From an uncultured Gemmatimonadaceae bacterium (GTDB lineage: Bacteria; Gemmatimonadota; Gemmatimonadetes; Gemmatimonadales; Gemmatimonadaceae): a stretch of 64,000 nt of DNA. Made by a program: the position numbers and the translations under genes. Under the pieces are notes generated by a model, which saw nothing but the letters and a program-made list of their open reading frames with translations, was not told where the DNA came from and searched no databases. This document shows, piece by piece, positions 21,309-36,311 of this stretch. The first letter of the stretch is position 1, and every line of letters begins with the position of its first letter. The stretch is taken from positions 288,001-352,000 of the forward strand of contig CAWHHI010000004.1 of NCBI GenBank assembly GCA_963829055.1, read 5' to 3'.

Positions 21309-22382
21309 GTGGTATTCAAATGGCTGGTCGCGGCCGGGTATGCCGCGAGCGCAATGACGATGCCTAACGGTGGGGGCGACGCTGCTCACGCCAAGGCAAC
21401 CCACCCGGTCGCTCAGGCGGCCGGGCATTTCGTCGACGGAACGTTCTCGTCCGACGCGGGAACGCGTCGCTGGCGATTGTGGGTGCCGAGTCGCTACGAC
21501 AAGTCGCGCCGGCATCCGCTCGTCGTGCTGTTGCACGGATGCACGCAGGACCCGGATGATCTGGCGCGTGGCACGCGGGTAAGTGAGCACGCGGACCGCC
21601 GGGATGTTCTCGTGTTACTCCCGGAACAGCCCGAGTCTGCGAACCCGAAGAAGTGCTGGAACTGGTACGACCCGGCGCATCAGCAGCGGGATGGTGGCGA
21701 GCCCGCGCTGATTGCCGGAATGACGCGGCAGGTCGCTGGAGAGTGGGCGGTCGACTCGCAGCAGGTGCACGTCGCCGGAATCTCGGCGGGGGCAGCGATG
21801 GCGGCGATCCTCGCTGTCACGTATCCGGACGTGTACGCGTCTGTCGCGCTTCACTCGGGGATTGCCTATCGCGCCGCCGCGAACGTGATGGAGGGCGTGG
21901 GCGTGATGACGACCGGTGCTCCGGATTCGCCGCGCCTCGCTCGCCTGGCATACGACGCGATGGGCGCGCGCGCCCGCGTGATTCCGGCGATCATCGTGCA
22001 AGGCGCGGCGGATCCGGTCGTCAAGCCGATCAATGCGATTCACACACGCGACATGTGGCTGGCGATGAACGCGCTTGCACGTGGCGGCGGTTCCAGCGGT
22101 AATGCCGTGGCGGACGCTTCACCCGTGACGCCGGATCGACGCTCGGAAGCTCACGTGTCGGGGCTTGATGCCGTCACGGAGTGTTACGGTGCGCGCACTT
22201 CGAAGAGTGAATGCGAAGTCGAGTTGCTCACCGTGGCCGGGCTCGGGCACGCATGGTCGGGTGGATCGAAGCTGGGCACGTTCACCGATGAGCGTGGGCC
22301 GGACGCGACGGACGCCATCCTTCGCTTCCTGCTGGCGCACCCGATGCCGAACGGTAGCGCACCTAACGCGCCGAAGCCGTGA
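21309..22382 (+). CDS. PHB depolymerase/LpqC-family esterase
   Basis: PLVVLLHGCTQ, NPKKCWNWY, lipase box GISAG, QGAADPVV, GHAWSGG. Confidence 0.9.
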   Translation: MVFKWLVAAGYAASAMTMPNGGGDAAHAKATHPVAQAAGHFVDGTFSSDAGTRRWRLWVPSRYDKSRRHPLVVLLHGCTQDPDDLARGTRVSEHADRRDVLVLLPEQPESANPKKCWNWYDPAHQQRDGGEPALIAGMTRQVAGEWAVDSQQVHVAGISAGAAMAAILAVTYPDVYASVALHSGIAYRAAANVMEGVGVMTTGAPDSPRLARLAYDAMGARARVIPAIIVQGAADPVVKPINAIHTRDMWLAMNALARGGGSSGNAVADASPVTPDRRSEAHVSGLDAVTECYGARTSKSECEVELLTVAGLGHAWSGGSKLGTFTDERGPDATDAILRFLLAHPMPNGSAPNAPKP

Positions 22383-23917
22383 CGCCGCCGCCTGTCTTCC
22401 CGTCCACGTCCGATCTCATTGCGTGGTGGGCGCGGGTCGCACCGGAGCGAGTCGCGATAGTCGACAGGACCCGTGGTGGGCGGCACACGTACGCGGACCT
22501 GAACGCGAGCGCAGAGCGATGGGCGCGTGTGCTCCTCTCACTTGGCGTAAGGCGAGGCGATCGCGTCGCGACGCTCACGGGAAACCGCGTCGAGATCGTC
22601 GGGCTCTTCTTTGGAGCGACGCGCATTGGTGCGGTGCTCGTGCCGCTCAATTGGAGACTGTCGGTGGCGGAGCTCGCGCGCGTCATCGACGACGCCGCGC
22701 CGGCCCTGATCGTCGGCGAGGATCGCCATCGGTCGCTGGGTGAAGCGGCAACGAAAGCCGCTGAGTCCGCGGTTCAATGGCTGGAGCTGGATCGCGAGGC
22801 CGCACCGCTGCTCGCGGCATCGGATGCGGTCGGTGGTGTCGCGTGGGTGTCGTCGGAGCCGGAAGCGCCAGCGATGCTGCTGTACACGTCGGGGAGCACC
22901 GGAAAGCCGAAGGGCGCGATCCTGCCGCACCGACAGATCTACTACAACGCAGTCGCGACCACGGTCGGGTGGCAGATCGGCTCGAACGACGTCGCGATCG
23001 TCGCGAACCCGCTGTTTCACACGGGCGGGTGGCACGTGTTCTCGACGCCGCTCTGGCATCGCGGTGGCACCATCGTGTTGTTCGATCAGTTCGACGCGAC
23101 GGCGTTTCTCGACGCCATTGCCGAAGAGCGGGTGACGCTCGCGTTCGGCGTGCCGACGCAGATCGTGATGATGACGCAGAGCGCGTCGTGGGGACGGGAG
23201 CTACCGTCGCTGCGCTTTCTGATCTCGGGCGGTGCGCCGTGTCCCGAGGCGTTAGGCGAGAGAGTGCGAGCGGCGGGACTCCGCTTTCGCCAGGGATACG
23301 GACTCACCGAGTGTGGCCCGAACTGCTTTGCGATCACGGACGAGGAAGCGGTTCGACGGCCGGGGGCGGTGGGGTGGCCGAGCCCATTTCTGGAAATGCG
23401 GTTGGTGACAGAGGGAGCCGGGAACGGGGAACAGGGAACCGAAACCGCAAACCCCGGTGAACTGCTCCTCCGGGGCCCGCAGATGTTCGGCGGCTACTTC
23501 AACGATCCCATTCGCACAGCGGAAGCGATCGACGCTGACGGGTGGCTCCACACCGGCGATCTCGCCACGCGCGACGCCGACGGCGCGTACCGCATCTGTG
23601 GACGCAAGAAGGACATGTTCATCTCGGGCGGGGAGAACGTGTTTCCCGGCGAGGTCGAGGCGGCGCTCTCCGAATGCCCAGGGATCGGCGAAGCCGTCGT
23701 CGTCGGCGTGCCTGACGAGAAGTGGGGCGAAGTCGGTCGCGCGTTCGTACTCCGCCGAAGTGGTGAAGAGCTCACGGCCGAGCAGGTGATCGCGCACGCC
23801 CGCCAGCGGCTCGCGGCGTACAAGGTGCCGAAATCGGTCGTAGTCCTCGACGAGCTCCCGCGCCTCGGATCGGGTAAGGCCGATCGCGCGGCCCTCAAGA
23901 TCTTTACGAGTTCTTAG
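22379..23917 (+). CDS. Acyl-CoA synthetase (AMP-binding)
   Basis: LYTSGSTGKPKGA, PLFHTGG, GYGLTE, GWLHTGD, GRKKDMFISGGENV, YKVPK, GSGK. Confidence 0.93.
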   Translation: MTPPPVFPSTSDLIAWWARVAPERVAIVDRTRGGRHTYADLNASAERWARVLLSLGVRRGDRVATLTGNRVEIVGLFFGATRIGAVLVPLNWRLSVAELARVIDDAAPALIVGEDRHRSLGEAATKAAESAVQWLELDREAAPLLAASDAVGGVAWVSSEPEAPAMLLYTSGSTGKPKGAILPHRQIYYNAVATTVGWQIGSNDVAIVANPLFHTGGWHVFSTPLWHRGGTIVLFDQFDATAFLDAIAEERVTLAFGVPTQIVMMTQSASWGRELPSLRFLISGGAPCPEALGERVRAAGLRFRQGYGLTECGPNCFAITDEEAVRRPGAVGWPSPFLEMRLVTEGAGNGEQGTETANPGELLLRGPQMFGGYFNDPIRTAEAIDADGWLHTGDLATRDADGAYRICGRKKDMFISGGENVFPGEVEAALSECPGIGEAVVVGVPDEKWGEVGRAFVLRRSGEELTAEQVIAHARQRLAAYKVPKSVVVLDELPRLGSGKADRAALKIFTSS

Positions 23918-24095
23918 CGGCCGTCTCGCGGTTCTTTGTGCGCCCTTCACGGCGGCGCACGTAGCGATGGCATCGGCTGCGTATGGTTCGATAGTCGATC
24001 GCCTAAGGACTGCGGCGTTAGATTGCGGATCGATCGTCCATTGCCGCGACGTCGATGCTCGCGCGTTCACTCACCACCTGACGCGATCCTTCGCG

Positions 24096-24644
24096 ATGTA
24101 CGCAAAAGGCACGACCATCCGCACGACGGTCGATTTCCTCAGAGCGGAAGGCGGATCCGATCTCGTGAACCGCGTGCTCGGCACGCTCGCGCCGCATACG
24201 CGCGAGGCCATCGCGCGCGTCGAGCCTACGGGAGAGCTTCCATACGCCGTGTTGCAATCGCTCTGGCGTTCCGCGGACGACGCGCTCGGCGCCGACCCGA
24301 CATGGGCCGAGCGGGCCGGTGCGTTCTCGATCGAGTCGTTAGGCATGCAGCTCTACCGCGGCATCCTGCTCAAACGGTCTCCGGCCGAATTCCTGACGCA
24401 GAGCGTGTCGCTGTTCCAGCTCTACTATCGCCCCGGCGACATGACGGTGGTGTTCGAGGAGCCGGGCCACGCGGTGCTGCGTCTCATCGGGTTCGACGCG
24501 GGTTCGTCGGTGTTCTGTCGCCGACAAACTGGCGGGCTTCAGTGCGCGATCACGCTCGCCGGCGGCGCCGAGCCCTCAACGCGACACGTGCGATGTGTGC
24601 TGGAAGGCGATGCCTTCTGCGAATGGGAGCTTCGCTGGAAGTGA
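24096..24644 (+). CDS. Hypothetical protein, DUF2378/V4R-like
   Basis: MYAKGTTI...; C-terminal CVLEGDAFCEWELRW resembles V4R/TIGR02265-type proteins; family assigned from memory of motif only. Confidence 0.55.
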   Translation: MYAKGTTIRTTVDFLRAEGGSDLVNRVLGTLAPHTREAIARVEPTGELPYAVLQSLWRSADDALGADPTWAERAGAFSIESLGMQLYRGILLKRSPAEFLTQSVSLFQLYYRPGDMTVVFEEPGHAVLRLIGFDAGSSVFCRRQTGGLQCAITLAGGAEPSTRHVRCVLEGDAFCEWELRWK

Positions 24645-24754
24645 ATCGGTCGTGAAGCAGCCGGAGCCAGATCGCGTGCCGATGCCATCATGGAGCGTAC
24701 TAAACGGTGCGCGGCACAATGTCGCCCAATGTATCGAGGGCTGTAGATTCCGGC

Positions 24755-25975
24755 ATGAGCTCGCCCCAGAACTACGACGCGTTCGTCATCACGGCCCCCG
24801 GCCTCGAAGCACTCGCCACCGCGGAACTGCACGCGCTTGGCGTCGCGGACGCCAGAGCTGTCGAAGGCGGTGTCACCTTCACCGCGTCGCAGCGGTCCCT
24901 CTATGCCGCGAATCTCCATCTCCGTACGGCTAGTCGAGTCGTCGTGCGGGCGAGCGAGTTCGGGGCGACCGCGTTCTTCGAGCTCCAAAAGCGCGCAGCG
25001 AAGGTGCCGTGGGACGAATTCCTCTCGCCCAACCGGGCCGTCTCGCTCCGCGTCACGTGCAAGAAGTCGAGGCTCTATCACTCGGACGCCGTGGCGGAAC
25101 GCGTGGCGACGGCGATCACCTCCAGAGTGCGCGGTGCTCGCATCGTGGAAGACGCCGGCGATGAAGAAGCCGACGCACCGAGTCAGCTCGTCATCGTCCG
25201 CCTGTTTCACGACCGGTGCACCGTGAGCATCGATAGCTCCGGTGCCCTGCTTCACCGGCGCGGCTACCGCCAAGCCATCGGCAAGGCGCCGATGCGCGAG
25301 ACGCTGGCGGCGGCGACACTCCTCGCGAGCGGATGGCGAGGGCAGTCGCCGCTCGTCGATCCGATGTGCGGGTCGGGAACCCTTTCTATAGAAGGCGCGC
25401 TCATTGCGCGACGGATGGCGCCCGGGCTACACCGCGATTTCGCGTTCGAGCAATGGCCGGACTTCGACGCGGTAACCTGGCGCGAAGTCCGCGCCGAGGC
25501 GGAGTCGACGGCGTTGCCCCGGTCGCCCGTGGTAATCCAGGGCTCCGACAGGGACGAGGGCGCGATCGAGGCAGCTCGCGCGAATGCAGCACGGGCGGGT
25601 GTGAGCGACGACGTCGAGTTCGCGGTCCGTCCGATCTCCGCGGCCGAGTCGCCGGCCGAGCACGGCTGGATCGTCTCGAACCCGCCATACGGCGTCAGGG
25701 TCGGTGAGCGTGACCCGCTTCGAAACCTGTACGCGCAGATCGGCAAGGTCGTGCGCGCGAAGTACGCGGGCTGGCACATCGCGCTCGTCACTGCGGAAGC
25801 TGGGCTGGAACGCCAGTTGGGGCTCGGGCTCAAGCCGGTTCTCAGAACCGCCAACGGCGGTATTCGCGTTCGCGTGATGGCGGGCGAGGTAAACGCCTCG
25901 TCCGCACGCCAGCCAACCGACGTGGCGCCGCGCAAGCGCCGTAGGCCAACGCGCGGGGCGGCGGGTGATCGGTAG
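24755..25975 (+). CDS. THUMP-domain RNA methyltransferase (RlmL-like)
   Basis: ITAPGLE, ANLHLRTASRV, SIDSSGALLHRRGYR, APMRETLAAA, DPMCGSGT, SNPPYGVR. Confidence 0.92.
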   Translation: MSSPQNYDAFVITAPGLEALATAELHALGVADARAVEGGVTFTASQRSLYAANLHLRTASRVVVRASEFGATAFFELQKRAAKVPWDEFLSPNRAVSLRVTCKKSRLYHSDAVAERVATAITSRVRGARIVEDAGDEEADAPSQLVIVRLFHDRCTVSIDSSGALLHRRGYRQAIGKAPMRETLAAATLLASGWRGQSPLVDPMCGSGTLSIEGALIARRMAPGLHRDFAFEQWPDFDAVTWREVRAEAESTALPRSPVVIQGSDRDEGAIEAARANAARAGVSDDVEFAVRPISAAESPAEHGWIVSNPPYGVRVGERDPLRNLYAQIGKVVRAKYAGWHIALVTAEAGLERQLGLGLKPVLRTANGGIRVRVMAGEVNASSARQPTDVAPRKRRRPTRGAAGDR

Positions 25976-26435
25976 CAAGGCCGGGATCGTCACGTCGCTC
26001 AACCGTTCGGACGGTGGTGTCCCGAAGTTGCCCATCGAGACCGCGAGAGTGACGATTCACGGGATCGAAGGCGACCGACAGCGTAACCTCAAACACCACG
26101 GTGGGCCGGACCGGGCCCTGTGCCTCTACTCGGCGGACATCATCGATCGACTGCAGAGCGAAGGTCACCCGATCTTCCCGGGTTCGATTGGCGAAAACGT
26201 GACCATCCGTGGTCTGGATTGGGGGTTACTCCAGCCGGGGAGCGCCGTTTCTATCGGCGATGTCGAGGTCGAGCTTACGTCGTTCGCCGTGCCGTGCCGC
26301 AACATCCGAGGCTCCTTTCGCTGGAGCCGATCGAGTCGCGTCTCCCCGAAAACGCACCCGGGTGAGGCCCGCCTCTACGCACGCATCCGGCGAGAAGGCG
26401 TCGTCACCGTCGGCGATCCGGTGACGCTTCTCTAG
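25965..26435 (+). CDS. MOSC domain protein
   Basis: GGVPK, GIEGDRQ..HHGGPDRALC, PGSIGENV, PC motif, YARIRREG. Confidence 0.9.
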   Translation: MIGSKAGIVTSLNRSDGGVPKLPIETARVTIHGIEGDRQRNLKHHGGPDRALCLYSADIIDRLQSEGHPIFPGSIGENVTIRGLDWGLLQPGSAVSIGDVEVELTSFAVPCRNIRGSFRWSRSSRVSPKTHPGEARLYARIRREGVVTVGDPVTLL

Positions 26436-26578
26436 AAGCAGCCGGTCTCGACGGCTTAACCGCCCCGATCAGGGATCGCCTCGACGGTATCCATCTTGAA
26501 GAGGTAGGGGGAATCCTGGGCGGAGGGACATCAAGTCCCTGCGCCCGAACTCCCATTCGAATAAGACGGAGCCCCACC

Positions 26579-32257
<5,679 letters not shown>

Positions 32258-32279
32258 ATGCACGCGGCGGGGTCGGACG

Positions 32280-33236
32280 GTGAGCGTGGATCAACGTGGT
32301 CCTGACGGCGCGGCGGCGGCTGAGGCGGCGGAGAAGGGCCGCCGTCGCGAGGACCGCTTGCGCGCTTCCATGGGCTCCAGGCAAACGGGGCCTGACGCGT
32401 CACCGCCGGTCTCGTACGATCCGGAGCTGGAGCGTCTCGAGATCGAGCTGCTGCTCGAAGCCGTCTACCGACACTATGGCTTCGACTTTCGCTCGTACGC
32501 GTACGCGTCCATCAGGCGTCGCCTCTGGCGTCGCATCGAAGCCGAGGGACTGACGACCGTCTCGGCGTTGCAGGATCGGGTGCTCCACGAGCCATCGATG
32601 ATGGAGCAGCTGCTGCTGGACCTGTCGATCAACGTCACGGCAATGTTTCGCGACCCCACCTTCTACCTGGCGTTCCGGCAGAAGGTGATCCCGCTGTTGA
32701 GGACGTATCCGTTTTTTCGGATATGGCATGCGGGGTGCTCGACAGGAGAGGAGGTCTATTCGATGGCCATTCTCCTCGAGGAAGAGGGTCTGTACGACCG
32801 CGCGCGCATTTACGCCACGGACATCAACGAGGTCGTCGTCCATCGCGCGCGCGCCGGGATCTTTCCGCTCGAACGGATGCAGGAGTACACAGAGAACTAC
32901 ATCCGCGCCGGTGGGACGCGTTCGTTCTCCGAGTATTACGTGGCGAAATACGATGGCGCGCTGTTCTCACCGGCGCTGCAGCGCAACGTCGTGTTCTCGC
33001 AGCACAACCTCGTCACCGATCGTTCGTTCGCCGAGTTCAACGTGATCCTCTGTCGCAACGTGCTCATCTACTTCGACCGGACGCTCCAGACGCGCGTGCA
33101 CGGACTCTTCTACGAGTCACTCGTGCATCTGGGCATTCTCTGTCTCGGCTCGAAGGAGACGCTGCGGCTGTCGGACTACGAGGCGTCGTACGACGAGTTG
33201 TCGGGTGCAGACCGGATTTACCGGAAGGTTCGGTAG
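32280..33236 (+). CDS. cheR: CheR-type protein-glutamate O-methyltransferase
   Basis: YGFDFRSY, SINVTAMFRDP, RIWHAGCSTGEEVYS, ATDI, ILCRNVLIYF. Confidence 0.95.
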   Translation: MSVDQRGPDGAAAAEAAEKGRRREDRLRASMGSRQTGPDASPPVSYDPELERLEIELLLEAVYRHYGFDFRSYAYASIRRRLWRRIEAEGLTTVSALQDRVLHEPSMMEQLLLDLSINVTAMFRDPTFYLAFRQKVIPLLRTYPFFRIWHAGCSTGEEVYSMAILLEEEGLYDRARIYATDINEVVVHRARAGIFPLERMQEYTENYIRAGGTRSFSEYYVAKYDGALFSPALQRNVVFSQHNLVTDRSFAEFNVILCRNVLIYFDRTLQTRVHGLFYESLVHLGILCLGSKETLRLSDYEASYDELSGADRIYRKVR

Positions 33237-33238
33237 TC

Positions 33239-33835
33239 GTGTACGAGATCATCGTGATCGGAACGTCGTGGGGCGGGTTGAGCGCGCTCTCCACGATCAT
33301 CTCGACTCTGCCGTCCACGTTCGCGTTGCCGATCGTCGTCGTGCAGCACCGCAGCCCTGACGCCGCGGGATTCCTCGCTGAGTTGCTGCAGGGCCGCACC
33401 AGCCTGCGCGTGGCGGAGGTCGATGACAAGATGACGATCGCTGCCGGTCACGTGTACGTCGCTCCACCGAACTATCATCTGCTCGTCGAACGCGGCTTCT
33501 TTTCCCTCACCACGGATGCGCCCGTGCGGTACAGTCGCCCGTCGATCGACGTCACGTTCGGCTCGGTGGCCGACGCCTACGGCCGTTCCGCCATCGGCAT
33601 CGTGCTCACCGGCGCGAACGAGGACGGCGCGTTAGGCCTGAAGCGCATCGCCGATCGCGGTGGGTACGCCATCGTCCAGGATCCGGAGACGGCTGAAGGC
33701 GCGATGATGCCGCGCGCGGCGTGGCGCCTGGTGCCGCGAGCCCGCGTGCTGCCACTCGAGCTCATCTCCAGCCACCTGGTGACCGTCGCTCCGGCGCGTC
33801 CGCCAGCGCAGACGCGGCGGGCTCCGTTCGCATGA
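33239..33835 (+). CDS. cheB: CheB methylesterase, catalytic domain only
   Basis: VIGTSWGG, VVVQH, YVAPPNYHLL, SRPSIDV, VLTGANEDGA, QDPETA..MP; no receiver domain. Confidence 0.93.
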   Translation: MYEIIVIGTSWGGLSALSTIISTLPSTFALPIVVVQHRSPDAAGFLAELLQGRTSLRVAEVDDKMTIAAGHVYVAPPNYHLLVERGFFSLTTDAPVRYSRPSIDVTFGSVADAYGRSAIGIVLTGANEDGALGLKRIADRGGYAIVQDPETAEGAMMPRAAWRLVPRARVLPLELISSHLVTVAPARPPAQTRRAPFA

Positions 33836-35511
33836 CGGCGACCATCGGCGAAGCCACAACCGCGCCTCCGAGCGGGGCGCACGATGAGCAGGTGAACATC
33901 CTGCTCGTGGACGACCGCGCGGAGAATCTCCTCGCGCTCGAGGCCATCCTCGAGCCGCTCGGTGAGCGTCTCGTGCGCGCGCACTCGGGTGATGAAGCGC
34001 TGAAGTGCCTGCTGACCGAAGAGTTCGCGGTCATCCTGCTCGACGTGCAGATGCCCGGGCTCAACGGATTCGAGACCGCGGAGCTGGTCAAGTCGCGCGA
34101 ACGCACACGCTTCGTGCCGATCATTTTCCTCACCGCCATCAGCAAGGACGAGGCGTACGTCTTCCGCGGCTACTCGGTTGGCGCCGTGGACTACATGTCG
34201 AAGCCGTTCCAGCCCGATGTGCTCCGGTCGAAGGTGTCCGTGTTCGTGGACCTGTATCGCAAGCAGCGGCAGCTCAAGCGACAGGAGCGGTTGCTGCGTG
34301 AGGCGGCCGTGCGCGAAGTCGAGCTGGAGCATCGCGCACGCCTGCTCGCGCAGGAAGCGCGGACCGCGCAGATCGTCAGCACGGCGATGGACGCCATTAT
34401 CGTGCTCGACGCGGACCGCTACATCGTGATGTTCAATGGCGCGGCGGAGCGCATGTTCGGGCGCGCGGCGTCGGAAGTCATCGAGCTGTGCGTCGACGAG
34501 CTCATTCCCGACGAGGCGCTCGATCAGGCCCTAACGAGGATCAGTGCGGCACCCGCCGCGGACGCCGGCGTGCCGGCACTGCTGTCGCTGCAAGGCGAAC
34601 GCGCCGGTGGCGAACACTTTCCGTTGGAGGCGTCGGTCTCCTGCCTCGACGTCGGCGGTGAGCGCAGCTTTGCCATCATCGCACGCGATGTCACCGACCG
34701 CGTTCGCGCGGAAGAGGCGTTGCGCACGCAGGCGGTTTCGATCGCGGAGAACGCAGCCGAGCTGCGCCAGTTGAACGACGAGCTCCAGGAACGGCAGCAG
34801 GATCTCGAGCGGGCGATGACGGCGCGCAACCGGTTCTACGCGTCGATGAGTCACGAGCTGCGCACGCCGATCAACGCCATCATCGGCTACAACACGCTCC
34901 TGCTCGATCACATCTACGGGCCGCTCAACGAGAAGCAGACGCACGGCCTGCAGCGAACGCACAAGGCGGCGAACCATCTGCTCGAGCTGGTGAACGACGT
35001 GCTCGATCTCTCGAAGATCGAGGCGGGCAAGATCGAGCTCACCTTGCAGCCTGTGCCTTTTCCGGGCCTCATCGAGGATCTCTTCGTCACGGTCCGCCCA
35101 CTTGCCGATGAGCACGAGACTCGGCTGGAGCTCAGGGTCGATGGTGATCCCAAGGCGATCATCAGCGACCCGCGTCGCGTCCGGCAGATTCTGTTGAACC
35201 TGCTCTCGAACGCCATCAAGTTCGGCCGCGGCAAGCCGATCCAGGTCGACCTCACCCTTGGCGCCAGCGACCATATAGAGGTTGCGGTCACCGATCAGGG
35301 TGAGGGCATCGATCCCGATGACCTGCCTCGCATCTTCGATGAGTTCGTGCAGCTGTCGAATTCGCAGCAACTGGGCGGCACTGGGTTGGGCCTGCCAATT
35401 TCCAAGCGCCTCGCGACGCTTCTCGGCGGCGAGCTCCGCGTGTCTTCGGAGCGAGGCAAGGGAAGTACATTCCGGCTCACGCTGCCGGAGCGCATCGGCA
35501 TGACCGAGTAG
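33832..35511 (+). CDS. REC-PAS-HisKA-HATPase sensor kinase
   Basis: ILLVDD, LLDVQMP, DYMSKP; PAS (DAIIV..FNGAAERMFG); [26 protein letters not shown]. Confidence 0.93.
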   Translation: MTATIGEATTAPPSGAHDEQVNILLVDDRAENLLALEAILEPLGERLVRAHSGDEALKCLLTEEFAVILLDVQMPGLNGFETAELVKSRERTRFVPIIFLTAISKDEAYVFRGYSVGAVDYMSKPFQPDVLRSKVSVFVDLYRKQRQLKRQERLLREAAVREVELEHRARLLAQEARTAQIVSTAMDAIIVLDADRYIVMFNGAAERMFGRAASEVIELCVDELIPDEALDQALTRISAAPAADAGVPALLSLQGERAGGEHFPLEASVSCLDVGGERSFAIIARDVTDRVRAEEALRTQAVSIAENAAELRQLNDELQERQQDLERAMTARNRFYASMSHELRTPINAIIGYNTLLLDHIYGPLNEKQTHGLQRTHKAANHLLELVNDVLDLSKIEAGKIELTLQPVPFPGLIEDLFVTVRPLADEHETRLELRVDGDPKAIISDPRRVRQILLNLLSNAIKFGRGKPIQVDLTLGASDHIEVAVTDQGEGIDPDDLPRIFDEFVQLSNSQQLGGTGLGLPISKRLATLLGGELRVSSERGKGSTFRLTLPERIGMTE

Positions 35512-35770
35512 CACGGAGAGTCGCAAAGCACCCGGGTTGCTGTTCGCGGCTCGTGCCGGCTTCTAGTTTTAGTTGTCGGTCGATAGCTGATAGCTTTTCG
35601 CCCGTTGATCGGCGAACATTCCACGCAATATTGGACACGCACGCGAATAGCCGGGGCCGGTCGCTTGGTCTCGACTGAACCAATCGCATTGTCCGACGGT
35701 ACCACTCGGCGAGTCCTTCGTCGCCATTGCGCGTGACCGGACGAAAGTGAATGTCACCAGTGTTCAGCGA

Positions 35771-36213
35771 GTGAGCGCATTGAAGGCTTTGTGTGTTGGT
35801 CGGCATCGCTATCTCAGCGATCACTTCGGGCGGTTCTTCCGGAAGCTCGGAGTGGACGCCGTCGAGCGTCGTTGGTGTGATGGATGCGATTGGATGCGGC
35901 GCGCGATCATCGGCCCGACATCGTGTTCTGTGAGTACGACCTGTCTGGCTACCGTTCCGCTGGAACCGTGGGAACGCGATCCATTTCTCTCGCGCTTGCC
36001 GGTGATCGCCGTGAGTCTCACGCGTCGCTCGGACGAGATGCATCTGCTCGACATCAACAACATCGCCGGCTTCTTCTATCTGCCGTCGCTCACCGAAGAC
36101 GACGCGCGTCAAGCTGTTGCACGTTGTGCGACCGAGCGCGGGGTATTCCTTGCAGTCATCACTGCAGTCGATCCGTCGAACGACCATCGCCCACGTCGTC
36201 GCCTCGCGCCTGA
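35771..36213 (+). CDS. Hypothetical protein with degenerate receiver-like fold (frame breaks)
   Basis: KALCVGRHRYLSDHF...HRPDIVFCEYD.LATVPLEPWERDPFLSRLPVIAVSLTRR...IAGFFYLP; CheY-like spacing without the acidic pocket. Confidence 0.55.
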
Positions 36214-36311
36214 CGAGTGCTCACTCGGCAAGTCGTCGGCGTCGATTCGGCGGACATGCGGTTGCGCGTGCATCATGATTCATTATCATTCGCCCGCGTT
36301 TTCGTACGTTC

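Noticed and set aside
26518..26546. Hairpin in the kinase leader as a riboswitch or attenuator
   Set aside because: Single GC-rich stem without U-tract or recognisable aptamer.
35515..35600. c-di-GMP-I riboswitch suggested by CGCAAAGC
   Set aside because: No upstream GGCAAA/GNRA first stem visible; the region has heptamer-like repeats (GATAGCT) instead.
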